64,000 bases of DNA from Eledone cirrhosa (GCA_964016885.1 OZ024753.1:4836001-4900000), one strand, 5' to 3'; shown: positions 1-13,018, counted from the stretch's first letter. A program made the numbers and translations. The notes: a model not told the origin generated them from the letters alone.

Positions 1-1763
1 GTACATAATACTATTAGATGAGCCAGTATACATTAGTTTCTTCGAATCCTTTTTCTTGTTATTTCCATTATCAGTATATTTCAGTGAGAAACTAGTTTCA
101 GAATGTTCATCGTGAAATTCGACTGATGGTCATTTAATTTTTTGTTGCATAAAAAACAATTAACACCAAATTATTTGACATTCAGTTATCAAATATTATC
201 TGTCGGGGATATTCTCTTTAGAGAGATGAAAGTTTTTACCCTTTTACATTTTTTCCTGAAGTATATTAGAGATGCAAATAAAATCTGTACAACCTGTTTC
301 TATCATGCTGTTCTGCTTTAATTCAATAAACGTTAATCACATTACTGACACACTAGAAATGGCTGTAATTATGTGTTTATGATGAAGTTTCAATGAATAC
401 TTAATACGAAAATTGTTATTAAAAAAAAATTCTTACAACATTAATGGATCATATTAACACTTCATCGTTGATTATCAATATTCTGGTTATTTGAAAGAAT
501 ATGTTCATTATTTCATTTTTCACTAAGCTGAAGCCGACTTTTTTTAATCTTTTCAAGTAATATTTATTAATAAAGTCTGAATAGAATTGTATTTTAAAAT
601 TATTTTATCTTTTCTTTTGTTTTTGCTTTTGATTTTGGGGGGATTTTTTTGTTGTTTTTGTTTTTGTTTTTTTGTAATTTGAATCATTAATTTCGACATG
701 CTGAAATATTTCGGATTTTTCGCATTAGTTGGTGTTTAACAGAAATAGTTATCAATGTTCTTGAGTTTCGTGCTGATATCGCTGAAATTGAGTAATCGAG
801 GTGATGATGTGCTAAATAGGTTGGAATTTTCGATTAACTGGAGAGGGATGGACATGGCTGAGCTTTATTTGTCCAGGATATGCTGCATAAACTGCACTCC
901 GACGATCCAGGAGTGACAACGGAAAAGTGAAGCGAAATGAAGTGAATTTTCGATTAATATATGATTGTCAACGAGCAACCCACAAGCTAGAGAGCAAGTT
1001 TAAGTCTGGGGTCAAAACGATTCTTACTACGTACACCATTAATATTCTTGAAAAGTACCACGTGGCTTTGAACCCTTTACTTCCATAAGTGTGTGGTCTT
1101 GTGAGTACATATGAAATAAACCTTCATTTCGAATAAGTTCATCACTGAAGAGTTGATAACGTGTCAAATATAAGGTACTCTTATATCTATGTATGGGGAC
1201 TTGGTGGGGGACACAAGAAGAAAGATATAACAAGGTAATACTGCTTACAAAATATGCTAACCATGTAAGTAAAATCAACTGGCATCAGTTGAGACGCAGT
1301 TTCGAATCGCTTCCTAAAATTATTAGATATTAGAACATATCATCCACTGCACAAAGTATTAATGTTTATGAGAAAGATAAAGTAAATTATCACGTTCAAA
1401 TCTTTAGGAAATACAAGTAAATTTAATTATCCTCAACTAGGAATGGAAACCGGACAACGCTCTCGAAATATACGGATTTTGCCCGTCATTTCTTTACGGG
1501 TTAATCGGTAAGAAGAGTAGCACCAATGAGACTTTGGAGGGGGTAAGTTACTCCCAAACTTGAGACTTGGTCCGAATGCTTGGACTCTTCTACTAAAGGC
1601 AGTCACGAACACGTTGATGGTATTAAAACGGGTGACAGATTCAATCTATTATACATGTAACGTTTGAACTTAAAATGCATTGAACCGGATCCAATACCCT
1701 AAGCTTTCATGATCGTAGCGATATGTTAAGCTATTTAATCCGGCAGTCCAGTGTCGCATAATT

Positions 1764-1881
1764 GTACCTTATTCATCGACTCTAGAATGATGAATGTTGA
1801 TCTCAGGTTTAAACTTAGAACAAAGGGACCGGAATAAATACAGCAAGGAATTTCGTCCAGCGTTCTAATAGTCAATTCTCC
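1764..1881 (-). mobile_element. Degraded tRNA-derived SINE (family A)
   Basis: Diverged reverse complement of the family core seen at 27205-27420 (GTACC-TTATT-ATCGAC...GATGAA...GTTGATCTC...AACTTAGAAC). Confidence 0.6.
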
Positions 1882-2868
1882 GTGATTACAGTTTAACACT
1901 CAATGAAATAATCATTTCATATGTAGTCACAAATCTTCAACTATGATCGAATGTTATTTCTTTACCATTAATCTTATTAATGCCAGTAATGGAATTTGTA
2001 ACGTATTCGTCTCATTGTGTATTTGTCTTTTCTTTGCAATGTCTACCATACATAAATATCATTCGGTCTTTACTAGATTTTCTCGGAGAATGGACGATAA
2101 TACACTGAGTGGGATTAAATAGCTATAGTTAGGCATTTACACGAGACTAACAGAAACGATGAGAATATCATTTGGATAGCAATAGAAAGAGACGTGTGGC
2201 TTCCACGGCGTTATATAGACTATTAACAATTTAAGTGATGCGCAATGGCTTCAACTAGGAACTGAAACTGGATTACCGTGTCGGCTACAGTCTTTCTTTG
2301 TGGCTCTTGTCAGGACAATGACAGAAATAACGAGCATTATAGGAATATATTCTAAATAAACTTTAGGTCGGATTTGCAGCAAATAATGTTCAGATAAAAA
2401 TATTGATATTCATTGGAAAGTATACGAAGAGGTTTAAATAGAAGCGCCTAGCATATATTTATTTTTTATTTTTTATGTATTTCATTTAATTATTTGAATG
2501 CTGGAAAAATAAATTCGCGAGAAAAGATTAGAATTGTTTCCTTCCTTGGTAGAAATTTAGCTCGAAGCTAAGTGTAGACACGTAAAAATAGAAGTGAAAT
2601 GAGAATACCACATTAGAAAATATAAATGGATACATATCAAACGCCCAAGGTAGTTTGAAATATTTATTCTAGTCTGACGAATGCATAGCGAACATTTATG
2701 TAAGATTCAAATCGTGCTCTATTAAGCTTTTACAATAAGTAAATGCAATAGATATTATATAATGGTTTTCCCGATAAAGCAGCACTTAGATTTGAGAATA
2801 AGTATATTTGTGTATGCGTGCGCATGCGAGTACATCATAATGATACTAATAATAATACACACACGCAC

Positions 2869-2869
<1 letters not shown>

Positions 2870-2947
<78 letters not shown>

Positions 2948-2999
2948 CATCTATATATGTGTGTATGTGTGTGTGTGCATGTGTGTGAGTTTGTGTGTG
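2870..2999. repeat. (TA)n/(TG)n microsatellite
   Basis: Direct reading. Confidence 0.95.
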
Positions 3000-4009
3000 A
3001 AGGCCACAGTATGGATAACTTTCTATAGGAAAAGATTATCTTCTCAAATGAGATACTGTCGTTTCTGTGTGCTTTCGTAAAAATTGCTTTTCATAACACA
3101 TCCTTACTCGTTGATATCGGAGTAGAGTTGACCACCGATAGGAAAGAGTCCCGCAACCTTGAATAGCTATTCCAATGCATCTCTCCCGCTTTCATCCAGG
3201 GTGACACTTTTTCCATTCTATCCACTGAGACTATGAAGTGGCTTGCTCTTCAGGTTCTATACTCATTCAGGTTCTGTACTCGTATAATTGGGGTAGAGAT
3301 TGTGTAGTTTGCTGGTATCTATAGTATCCGTTGTCTCAAACACATACACAGAGACACACACACTCACACACACATACACAAGCACGCACACACTAAATAC
3401 ATACAAACACACCCTAAATACTTACACTTACTCACTTCTTTCATAAAATATTTGGCTAAAATAAAACTTAACCCTATATCCCCATATTTTCAAATATATT
3501 TTGAAAATAATCAACAATTTGGAGGAATTAGTAATGTAACTCTCTCCTCATTAAGTTTCTGCTTGGAACGTTAAAAATGTTGTATTTCAATTGACCTTTT
3601 ACGTGTCTCTTGATGTTTACCACTAGTTCAGCTCTGATTGATCAACCCAATTACTTAAGGCATGCCAGTTGTGAACATCAGGTCTATATATATATATGAT
3701 GTCGTTTTGTTTCCATTTTTAATGGACGATTTGGTACTTAATTCTAAAAGTCAAATCTCTCCTTTCTCGTCTCAGAGCCATTTGTACCGTATGTGAAGTA
3801 GATACGTGTGAAGATTGAATGAGCCTCGTGATCTTTTATCACTGTACATGCGTCTATAAACATAACTGCACAGATATATGTATGTGTTGAAAACAGAAAA
3901 AAGAAAAGAAAGAAAGAAAGAAATATAAATAGACAATGTTGTATCTGGACGGTGCTTGGGTTTCACCATAGCGGTGTGTGGTGATGTTTTTATGTTCGAT
4001 TATCATCGA

Positions 4010-4128
4010 TTACAGGCAGTATCACCAGTACACCGGTTAAATTCTTTGGAGTATTTATTCTAGCCCTTTACCTTCTGAGTTCAGATCCCGCCGAAGTTAA
4101 CTTTGCTTTTCATTCTTCTGGGATCGGA
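4010..4128 (+). mobile_element. SINE family A fragment
   Basis: TTCTGAGTTCAGATCCCGCCGAAGTTAACTTTGCTTTTCATTCTT: B-box-like GAGTTC followed by the family core. Confidence 0.7.
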
Positions 4129-4425
4129 AAATTTATATAGATATAGATATTTATATACATGATGGCTGCAACTCGATTTTGAGTAATGCCATCGCTTGAT
4201 ACTTAAGCATGAACATCACGGCGGTGGCTTCCTGATAGGGACTTGCCTATGGCCAGAAATAGCATGCATCGCAAAATATATCATATATCAAGCGATGCCT
4301 GTGCTTGGAAAGTGCGGAAACGCTTTGCACGGGGTTAATCTCACTCTCTGAACATCGAATGCATTTTCCCAGAGGGAAGAACTGATCTACATCATTAGAT
4401 GGAAATGAAGTCGTAGATTTTATAT

Positions 4426-4683
4426 CAGAGTGACCTTCTCCTAGAGAAATGTCTTAATGAAGACTAGAAATCTCTCGCTCCACAAAAAATCTTTATTGGA
4501 TAGCCGTTGACTCTCCTGAGTTCCTCCGGCCTTTGACAGGTTTTGTTTTTCATCCCTCAGGGTGTCCAAATTCACCCTCCTCACCAAGCAAGCTTGGTGG
4601 GGTTGTCGGTTTAGTCGCCAACGACCCGACCATGCACAGGTTGTACTGGATTACATGTTACCAGTAGCGCTGAAGAGCGTCCT
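4426..4683 (-). mobile_element. Structured GC-richer repeat fragment, possibly an RTE LINE 5' UTR
   Basis: Hairpins CCTCACCAAGC-AA-GCTTGGTGGGG (4579-4602) and GTCG-CCAA-CGAC; abrupt end at a TA run. Resemblance to RTE 5' UTRs is from memory only. Confidence 0.3.
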
Positions 4684-4789
4684 ATATATTTTTGTCTGTG
4701 TGTGTGGCTAAATAGAGATACATTATACATATATATACACACAGGCACACACATATATATGTATATATATATATATATATATGTGTGTG

Positions 4790-4858
<69 letters not shown>

Positions 4859-5684
4859 TGTTGGCATATAGATATAAATGTGTCACTTTATACATAAATA
4901 TTATCATTTTGTATATATACTCAGAGTTGTGAATATATATATGATAGTTTGTAAGTGAAAGAAGAGAGTACTTTATGCATAGCGTAAGGTTTGTTCATAT
5001 TCTTATTTAAATATGTGTTTATATATCTGCCTGTGTGTGTATGTTTGCGTTTGTGTGTGCTTGTGCGTGTGTGTGTTCGTTTGTGTATGTCTTTGTGTCT
5101 CCGACAGGAGAGTCATATGAATCAGTCCATAAATTGGTTCCACACTGAACACTTCACTTTAATGTATCTGTAATTACAGATAATCATTTCTTATGTATGC
5201 ATAAAGTGACATTTATGAGTAGGAGAAATTAGATTTTGTGATGATTTATTCAAGAGTATTCGTAATGCAATAACGATGAAAATACATAAAAAAATAATTG
5301 AAATTTGATCACAGACATTTTAAACATTTTAAAGTTAATATATAGACGTTGTGTCTGGGAAAAGAGATGAATTGTGAGAAAGAAATTAGAATTTCTAAAT
5401 ATAACCATTTATAAATCTTTCCAAATACGAAATCATTTTGAAGCTTGTAAATACGAAAATTATACACGATGTAACTGTTTATCTAACACATATTTTAACG
5501 AGTTATAACATAAGCTCAAGGTTGAAAATATTAAGGATAATTATAGTGAACTGAGAGCAAATCAGTATTTGGTTGGTAATAAGTTTATGGACCAATAGAA
5601 AGAAAAGTAAAGTTAAGTTCGGCAAGATATTTTCATTCTCTCTACTGATTCTTCTCTACATCACACATTTATCATCTGTTGTGC

Positions 5685-5685
<1 letters not shown>

Positions 5686-5771
<86 letters not shown>

Positions 5772-5881
5772 AATACTCATTTTACTAAGGCTAAATAACT
5801 GGAGTTTCGCCTGTTTAGCACTCGGTCATCAGACTTAAAACTCTACTTTTGTATTGAGTACTCTTTTTCTCAGTCGTCAAC

Positions 5882-5945
<64 letters not shown>

Positions 5946-6076
5946 TAGATAGATAGATAGATAGATATATAAAGATATATATATAATATATATAATATAT
6001 ATATATATATTTAAATACAGACTGGTGTCTTAATTAGTAACATTTCATCAATCAATTTTTCTCATTCACACAGACA

Positions 6077-6133
<57 letters not shown>

Positions 6134-6141
6134 TTTTTTTT
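5686..6141. repeat. Compound microsatellite cluster (TA, GT, CA, GATA, CT, poly-T)
   Basis: Direct reading; short unique islands lie between the tracts. Confidence 0.9.
5791..5838 (-). ncRNA. Candidate type-I hammerhead ribozyme with an atypical stem II
   Basis: Minus strand TTAAGT-CTGATGA-CCGAGTGCTAAACAGGC-GAAA-C-TCCA-GTT-ATTTAG. Core boxes intact; stem I 6 bp including two G-U; stem II weak. Confidence 0.4.
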
Positions 6142-6230
6142 GTGCCTCTCCTTTGTTCTGTCCTACGCCATCTTCTGAAGAAGATTCTGAAGAAGATGGC
6201 GTAGGACAGAACAAAGGAGAGGCACAAAAA
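6137..6230. repeat. Perfect 40-bp inverted repeat with 14-nt loop
   Basis: 6137-6176 is the exact reverse complement of 6191-6230. Confidence 0.95.
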
Positions 6231-6446
6231 GAAAGAAAAGAATCCTCAGTCACTGAAGAGGTCACAGAATGTGTGACGAAAGAACTTTGACAATATATGA
6301 ACAATCGTCTGGTTGTGAAACCAACCAACCAACCGGAAATTTATAAATTCCTAAATTTATAAATTTAATTTATAATAAATTGAAGTGAAAGTAACTGGTG
6401 CGTGTGTTTCTTATTGGCAACATGACCCTCCCAAAGTATAACAATA
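6191..6446 (+). mobile_element. HHR-containing PLE pseudo-LTR-like element, family H1 copy 1
   Basis: Shares the HHR and the 3' motif TTATTGGCA..TGA..CTCCCAAAGTATAACAAT with the copies near 36.9 kb and 41.4 kb; ends in (TA)n. Confidence 0.65.
6249..6291 (+). ncRNA. Minimal type-I hammerhead ribozyme
   Basis: GTCA-CTGAAGA-G-GTCACA-GAATG-TGTGAC-GAAA-GAAC-TT-TGAC: stem I GTCA/TGAC, 6-bp stem II, very short stem III as in PLE HHRs. Confidence 0.7.
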
Positions 6447-6550
6447 TATATATATATATACAATGGAAACATTTGAACAGGGACAAAACAGAGAGGCAGT
6501 ACAACGAATGTTTATTAATTTCACGCTCTGGAGAGTGGGGTGTTGGTGGG

Positions 6551-6586
6551 GGACGACGTTTCGGGCATAAGCCCTTCCTCAGGTGA
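6551..6586 (-). ncRNA. Minimal hammerhead motif (PLE type)
   Basis: Minus strand TCAC-CTGAGGA-A-GGGC-TTAT-GCCC-GAAA-CG-TC-GTCC. Palindromic ACGT stem III and GUC triplet, but stem I only 2 bp; AATAAA lies downstream on the same strand near 6510-6515. Confidence 0.55.
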
Positions 6587-8204
6587 GAAGTGTGTGGGAA
6601 CAGAGTTCAAAGGGTGTGTAGGGGAGTGGTGGAGAGACATATAGCGAAAGGAAACGGTGCGAATGAAAAAATGAAAAAATAATAAAATAAAGATAAAAAT
6701 AAAAATAAAGCGTGATCAAAATACAAGGAATGAAATAAATTTAAATATAAAAGCATGATCAAAATAAACTGAAATTAAAAGGGGGGTAAAACAGGTGGTG
6801 GAAGGGTATGGGGGTGTAGGGGTGGTGGCGGGTGGAGTGGGGAGAGCGAGACGGGGTGTCCGAGCGGGGATGGCTGAAGGTGGTGTGTGTGTGTAGGTGT
6901 GCGTGTGTGTGTGTGTGTGTGTGTGTATGTGAAAGTAAGGGTTGGGGGAAGAACGGGGTTGCATGTTCAGGAAGAGGTGTGTGTGGGGGGGTATTTGTGG
7001 GTCGGAGTGTCTGTTCGTGTGTGGATAGAGGGGTGGGGGAGAGGAATCAGGAGGCTGAGGGTGTAAATATGTGGTGGAAAGCACGTGTGTGTGGGGTTTA
7101 AGCGTGTTGTGAGTGTAGGTGGCGTGTGGAGAAAAAAAATTTTTGGGGGTGTGTGTGTGGGTGAGTTATATAGGTGATTACGTAAGAGGATGGTTGAAAA
7201 GTATATATACATCAGTATATGAATCTCTTTGTTTTTATGCTTGTGCGTTTATTTCAATTCTTCTATATATACATATGTGTGTGTAAACCTCTCTCTATAG
7301 CATGTATGTGTGTTTATATAAAACCAGTAATATATTGAAATCATAATTCAATATATTTCATAGTAATCATTTATACCTTTCAGAACTATCGAATTGCGGT
7401 AGGTAGCAGATTTAGTAAATTGCCGATCATAATGCATGATATAAATAAGTCATTTCATGATTTGTATTCATATCCCACTGGGACTAGTTTGCCTTTTATC
7501 TGTGGAGTTAGGACTGTGGTCGATTTAATAGACTGTACTTCTCCTCTAGAAACTTTTGTTGGAAATTATATAATATCATATTATATATTCTATAGGTTCT
7601 AACGATTATTCCCAACTGTCATACAGTCGAAATACTAAGACGGTAATATTAGCCCGCAAATTCTTCATTAGTTGCATGCATTCATGGAATTATGAGTTAC
7701 TATTTGAAGAATTCCGCTATGTATATTTGTGTGAGAGCGAGAGCGAGAGAGTGTATGTGCGTGTTTCAGCGTGTGTGTGTGTGAATAAGAATATCCCAAA
7801 TCGTGGTAAGATCTCGATCTGTGGGAAGAGAATCAATGTGTATTTTAGTTTCTGCTAAGAAATATGCATGAACTAGTGTTTCGTTATTTTGAATTAATTA
7901 TACTACATAATCAACTTTTCAATAAACCTGCAGGTAACGCCAAGATAGAAAGTAATTTTCACGAGAAAAATCTAAAAAGGCATGAGAAAAAGCGGACAAA
8001 TTAGTTGTCGATTGCGATGATGAAATGAATATAGTTCCGCAGTCGGATTAATCTATTACAGCTTTCTGAATCCTGGCGAAACGATCAAGTATCGTCACGA
8101 CATTGATAAAATTCATTACACTCGCAGGTTTGATAAATAGAAAGGGCTCATTCTTGCACAACAATGCTCGGCTATAGATCGCCCAACCACCTCTCTCTCT
8201 CACT

Positions 8205-9281
8205 CTCTCTTCTTTTTCTTCTTCTCCTCCTTCTTCTTCTTTTTTCTTCTTCTTCGTTTTCTCTTCTTCTTCTTCGCCCACTTATTCCTGAGAGAGTCAT
8301 GGTGGCAGACTTCTCAATCTCTCCTTCCAGCGGGTCCTGTCACCTGAGAGAGTCATGGTGGCAGACTTCTCAATCTCTCCTTCCAGCGGGTCCTGTCACC
8401 TGAGAGAGTCATGGTGGCAGACTTCTCAATCTCTCCTTCCAGCGGGTCCTGTCACCTGAGAGAGTCATTGTGGCAGACTTCTCAATCTCTCCTTCCAGCG
8501 GGTCCTGTCACCTGAGAGAGTCATGGTGGCAGACTTCTCAATCTCTCCTTCCAGCGGGTCCTGTCACCTGAGAGAGTCATTGTGGCAGACTTCTCAATCT
8601 CTCCTTCCCCCTGGTCCTGTCACCTGAGAGAGTCATGGTGGCAGACTTCTCAATCTCTCCTTCCAGCGGGTCCTGTCACCTGAGAGAGTCATGGTGGCAG
8701 ACTTCTCAATCTCTCCTTCCAGCGGGTCCTGTCACCTGAGAGAGTCATGGTGGCAGACTTCTCAATCTCTCCTTCCAGCGGGTCCTGTCACCTGAGAGAG
8801 TCATTGTGGCAGACTTCTCAATCTCTTCTTCCAGCGGGTCCTGTCACCTGAGAGAGTCATGGTGGCAGACTTCTCAATCTCTCCTCCCAGCGGGTCCTGT
8901 CACCTGAGAGAGTCATTGTGGCAGACTTCTCAATCTCTTCTTCCAGCGGGTCCTGTCACCTGAGAGAGTCATGGTGGCAGACTTCTCAATCTCTCCTCCC
9001 AGCGGGTCCTGTCAGAAGCAACCGTCTCCAATTGAACCGGCTGGATCTCCATGCGGGACCAGCCAAGCTCTTGAATTTTATCCTACCATCTTGCTCAAGA
9101 TCTACCCCTGGGTCTCTTGTTGGGTGATTTTGCCTGTAAAGTCTGTCCAGCGATTCCTTTCTGAAACATTCTAACCACAAGCCTGTAATATTGGAGCTGC
9201 GATGTCTCAGTTCGGAGGTGTAGCGGCTCTACCTTGAGTTGTTCTCTGATCCCTGAGCTACGCACTCTATCGAGTAACGTT
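8205..9281 (-). mobile_element. 5'-truncated RTE-clade LINE 3' end (Expander/Rex3-like), decayed, with (GAA)n tail
   Basis: Minus strand reads TLLDRVRSSGIREQLKVEPLHLRTETSQLQYYRLVVRM...KRPRGRS*ARW*DKIQELGWSRMEI...VASDRTRW..RLRSLPP*LSQE*, matching the RTE C-terminal pattern IREELGVEPL..QLRWFGH..RPRGRPR.RW, then GAAGAAGAA. Confidence 0.85.
8287..9014. repeat. 13 x 56-bp tandem array derived from the RTE ORF terminus
   Basis: Unit CCTGAGAGAGTCATGGTGGCAGACTTCTCAATCTCTCCTTCCAGCGGGTCCTGTCA starts at 8287, 8343, 8399 ... 8959; no spacers. Confidence 0.97.
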
Positions 9282-9807
9282 GATTGAAATAAAAAGAAAG
9301 CAACAACATTAGAATCTTCACATATTTTTACCACCATCTCTCGTAAGAATATATGAAGGTTTGTTGTTTATTTTATTTTGATAAATCAAATTTACTCTGG
9401 ACTGAGATATGTTGTTTCAAAACTAATGCTTAAAAACCTGCATGAAAGAGTTAATACATATTTATTGGAGAATGAGGGAGAAAGACTGGAAGAAAGAGAT
9501 CCACTTATTTATATGGTAATAAACGTGTATATTTACAGTAATAAATATATTAATATATATTCACACATATATTCAATAGTAAACGCACAATTATATGCTA
9601 TTGTGTGTATATACATATTCATATTTTCCACACATCTAGTTGTGGATATACGTCAGTGAAATTGAAATTGACATCAGAAATGTATTTTTAAAAATTAAAA
9701 TTAGCTCCAATATGATTGTAAAGTGTATTCTATATGGATGAGACATCTGTATGTATCAATGCTTTTCTATATATTTGAATTAACTTTCAATTTTAAAGTA
9801 CAGACTG

Positions 9808-9839
<32 letters not shown>

Positions 9840-9954
9840 GTTTTCTTGTTTGCTTGTTTTTTTTTCTTTTTTGTCAATGAGCAAGTAATGCTTGTAAACA
9901 AACACAATTATATATCATATATTTAAAAGGAGAGGTGAAATAATGATGGAGTTA

Positions 9955-10110
9955 ACGACAACGACACAGAACAAAATAGCAACAACAACCACAGCAACAA
10001 CATCATCACCGCCAACTGCAACATCAACAATATCATCACCACCACAACAACAACAACTATAAGAATAACACCAAAACCAACAACAACAGCTACGACAGTA
10101 AATAATAATG
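9955..10110. repeat. Degenerate (CAA)/(CAT) trinucleotide tract
   Basis: Direct reading. Confidence 0.85.
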
Positions 10111-10566
10111 AATATTTGAATTCAATACTAAAATCACACCCTATTGTGAAAGTTTAATATTGTAATACATTTCAATTTTATTTATATCCCCGCCAGAAAG
10201 TTGTGTGGTTTCGCTATAAATCGTTTCTGCTGGTTCTTTTCAAAAGTATTTAATGAGATGTGCAGTGATGCATAACATAATCGATAACAGGTTACAGCAC
10301 ATAATGGCAGGCTTTATAATTTAGTTTTTGTTATTAATATTAACAATATCTAACGTGGAAAAGGAATAGATTAAAAGTTTGTCTATATTTATTTGCATTG
10401 CTCTCCGTTTTGTGTTCAAATGTCAACGATATTAACTCTGCCAATTGTACAACGTAAGTTCATGAAATACACATTACTTAGAAACTGGAATTCATATAAT
10501 CGAATTTTCGCTTTTACCAACACGTGTAGTCATGTCTCCTCAGATAGAAATTCGTATTAAGAAATT

Positions 10567-10768
10567 TATGAGGGTCGCCTAAAAAGTTCATAGGCTGACT
10601 AAGATACTCTCAGGGAATGACCAAATGTGGTTTATTTTTCAACATATCCCCTGGAACGAAACAATGCTGTTATTAATAATAAGAATTTAAATTATTGCAT
10701 GCAAAGTTTTACAGCTCTAGCATCAATCCTTCACAGTTAGCCTATGAACGTTTCACCCGACCCTTGTA
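10567..10768. mobile_element. Mariner-type MITE, copy 1
   Basis: TIRs TATGAGGGTCGCCTAAAAAGTTCATAGGCTGACT and (reverse complement) TACAAGGGTCGGGTGAAACGTTCATAGGCTAACT; TA at both ends; no transposase. Confidence 0.85.
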
Positions 10769-11601
10769 TACCAAAACATATAATGATCAGACTTTTTGAG
10801 GCAAAAAAACAGTTTTTCCTAATCCGACAGTGGCCGTTTGAAAAGGAGATCCCCTCGAGAGTAATTGTTTTAAACGTCGCTGCTGCTTCTGTTGTTGCTG
10901 CGGCTACTGCTGCTGCTGCTACACAGATAGCCTTAAAATTGCATGCCTCCAAACGGACTGACATGCACATTCTTACTTATCAAGACAATCACTGGCGAAC
11001 AGATGCGCTATTCACCCATACCTCTCTATATCCCTCTCTCTTTTTTTCTCTTTCCCTTTATCTCTCTCTTTTTCTCACCTTTTATATCTCTCATCCTTCC
11101 TCCCCTTCCTTCTCTCAATCTTTGCTCCATAATCCCTATTACCACATTCCCTGAGAGATTTGAACTAGCTAGCTAGATAACTCTCACACACAGAACCACC
11201 CAGCACACACGTCACCCTCCTACCAACACTGATCATCTCACTGACATGTACTTAACACTTTGCGCAAAGATCCCTTGCCAGATCAATTAACTTCTGATTT
11301 TTTTGTAGTTTTTTTTTTACTTTCAGGTTAACCACCAGACGCTCTTACAAGACATACATAGCCTTGACCTCATCAGTCTGGAAGGAACTATAAAGATTAA
11401 GTGTTCAAATTCGTCTCCACGTGCGAACTAATGAACATCGCTAGAGAATAAATAGTAAACATTTCCCGTAAATACATATTACGCGTCTCTATGGGATAAA
11501 TGTCTTTTTGCTTTTCTTTTTGCTTATTTCTGATGCGGTTTAACATAAGATTAATTTATTTGTTGAATTTGTATTACATATGTATGGGTATGTGTGTATG
11601 G

Positions 11602-11707
<106 letters not shown>

Positions 11708-11738
11708 TACAATCAAAGTTATGTTCAAATCATTTTAT

Positions 11739-11785
11739 TGCTGACAATCGTTTCTTCCAAACTTTCGTTTGGATTCATCGGAGCA
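11739..11785 (-). ncRNA. Hammerhead ribozyme, left arm of palindrome
   Basis: Minus strand TGCT-CCGATGA-A-TCCAAAC-GAAA-GTTTGGA-A-GAAA-C-GATT-GTC-AGCA, then AATAAA; U4C core variant. Confidence 0.65.
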
Positions 11786-12754
11786 TTAGCAACTGAACAA
11801 TCATATAGATACATATATATTGATGTTGTGAACAACAGTTTCGTATTTACAGGGTGTAATGGATGCGGCATATATTATACGAGAATTGTACAATAATTCA
11901 AATTAAAGTTAAAAGCACAGAGTGGAATACATGCGACAGATAATACAAGAGAATAGTCTAATAATTAAAGAGGCATTGAGAAAGAATGAGGACACTAGCA
12001 GTACATATGCAAGCGTGTAGAGAGTGCACATGCGTTAGTCATATATATCAGAAGGAAACAAGCAAAGGTATTGGTCATATATAATAATGTATGGCAAAGG
12101 TATCACATAAAAAGCAAATGTGTTAGTGTATTAAAATTTACGGTGAATGTAATGTGATGATAGTTTCTGTAGTGCTCAAATTTGTATGTGTTGAGAGTAT
12201 CAAAGTTATTGTTTTCTTTTCCATTACATATGTTAAATTATATTTTAGAATATAATTTAACATATGTAATGGAAAAGAAAACAATAACTTTGATACTCTC
12301 AACACATACAAATTTGAACACTACAGAAACTATCATCACATTACATTCACCGTAAATTTTAATACACTAACACATTTGCTTAATATGCTTATATTTTATG
12401 TGATACCTTTGCCATACAGTATTTATATTTGCCTAATACCTTTGCTAGTTTCCTTCTCATATATATATGACTAAGGCATGTGCACTTTCTACACACTTGC
12501 ATATGTACTGCTAGTGTCCTCATTCTTTCTCAATGTCTCTTTAATTATTAGACTATTCTCTTGTATTATCTGTCGCATGTATTCCACTCTGTGCTTTTAA
12601 CTTTAATTTGAATTATTGTACAATTCCCGTATAATATATGTCGTATCCATTAGACCCCGTAAATACGAAACTGTTGTTCACAACATCAATATATATGTAT
12701 CGACATGATTGTTCAGTTGAATAGGAGGTTAATTATATGTACAAATATTTCTAA

Positions 12755-12801
12755 TGCTCCGATGATTCAAAACGAAAGTTTGGAAGAAACGATTGTCAGC
12801 A
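12755..12801 (+). ncRNA. Hammerhead ribozyme, right arm of palindrome
   Basis: TGCT-CCGATGA-TTCAAAAC-GAAA-GTTTGGAA-GAAA-C-GATT-GTC-AGCA; predicted cleavage after C12797; AATAAA at 12801-12806. Confidence 0.65.
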
Positions 12802-12974
12802 ATAAAATGATTTAAACATAACTTTGATAATTCTGTAATTTATATTCCTGCTTTGTAAAACACCTGATGTTCTTACATTGAGCTATTTCTCTTATTGGTA
12901 ATAAGGTAGTAATAAATTACTGACCTTTCCTGTTTATAGTTGTTTATAGTATATACATAACTATAAATAGCATC

Positions 12975-13018
<44 letters not shown>

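Noticed and set aside
8287-9014. CRISPR-like regular array
   Set aside because: Head-to-tail units with no unique spacers, no cas genes, eukaryotic context; explained by the RTE 3' end.
10744-11154. 136-aa ORF with a poly-Ala run
   Set aside because: Starts inside a MITE TIR and runs through GCT and CT repeats.
11327-11431. Exon after a strong polypyrimidine acceptor
   Set aside because: Short frame with no recognisable homology or clear donor site.
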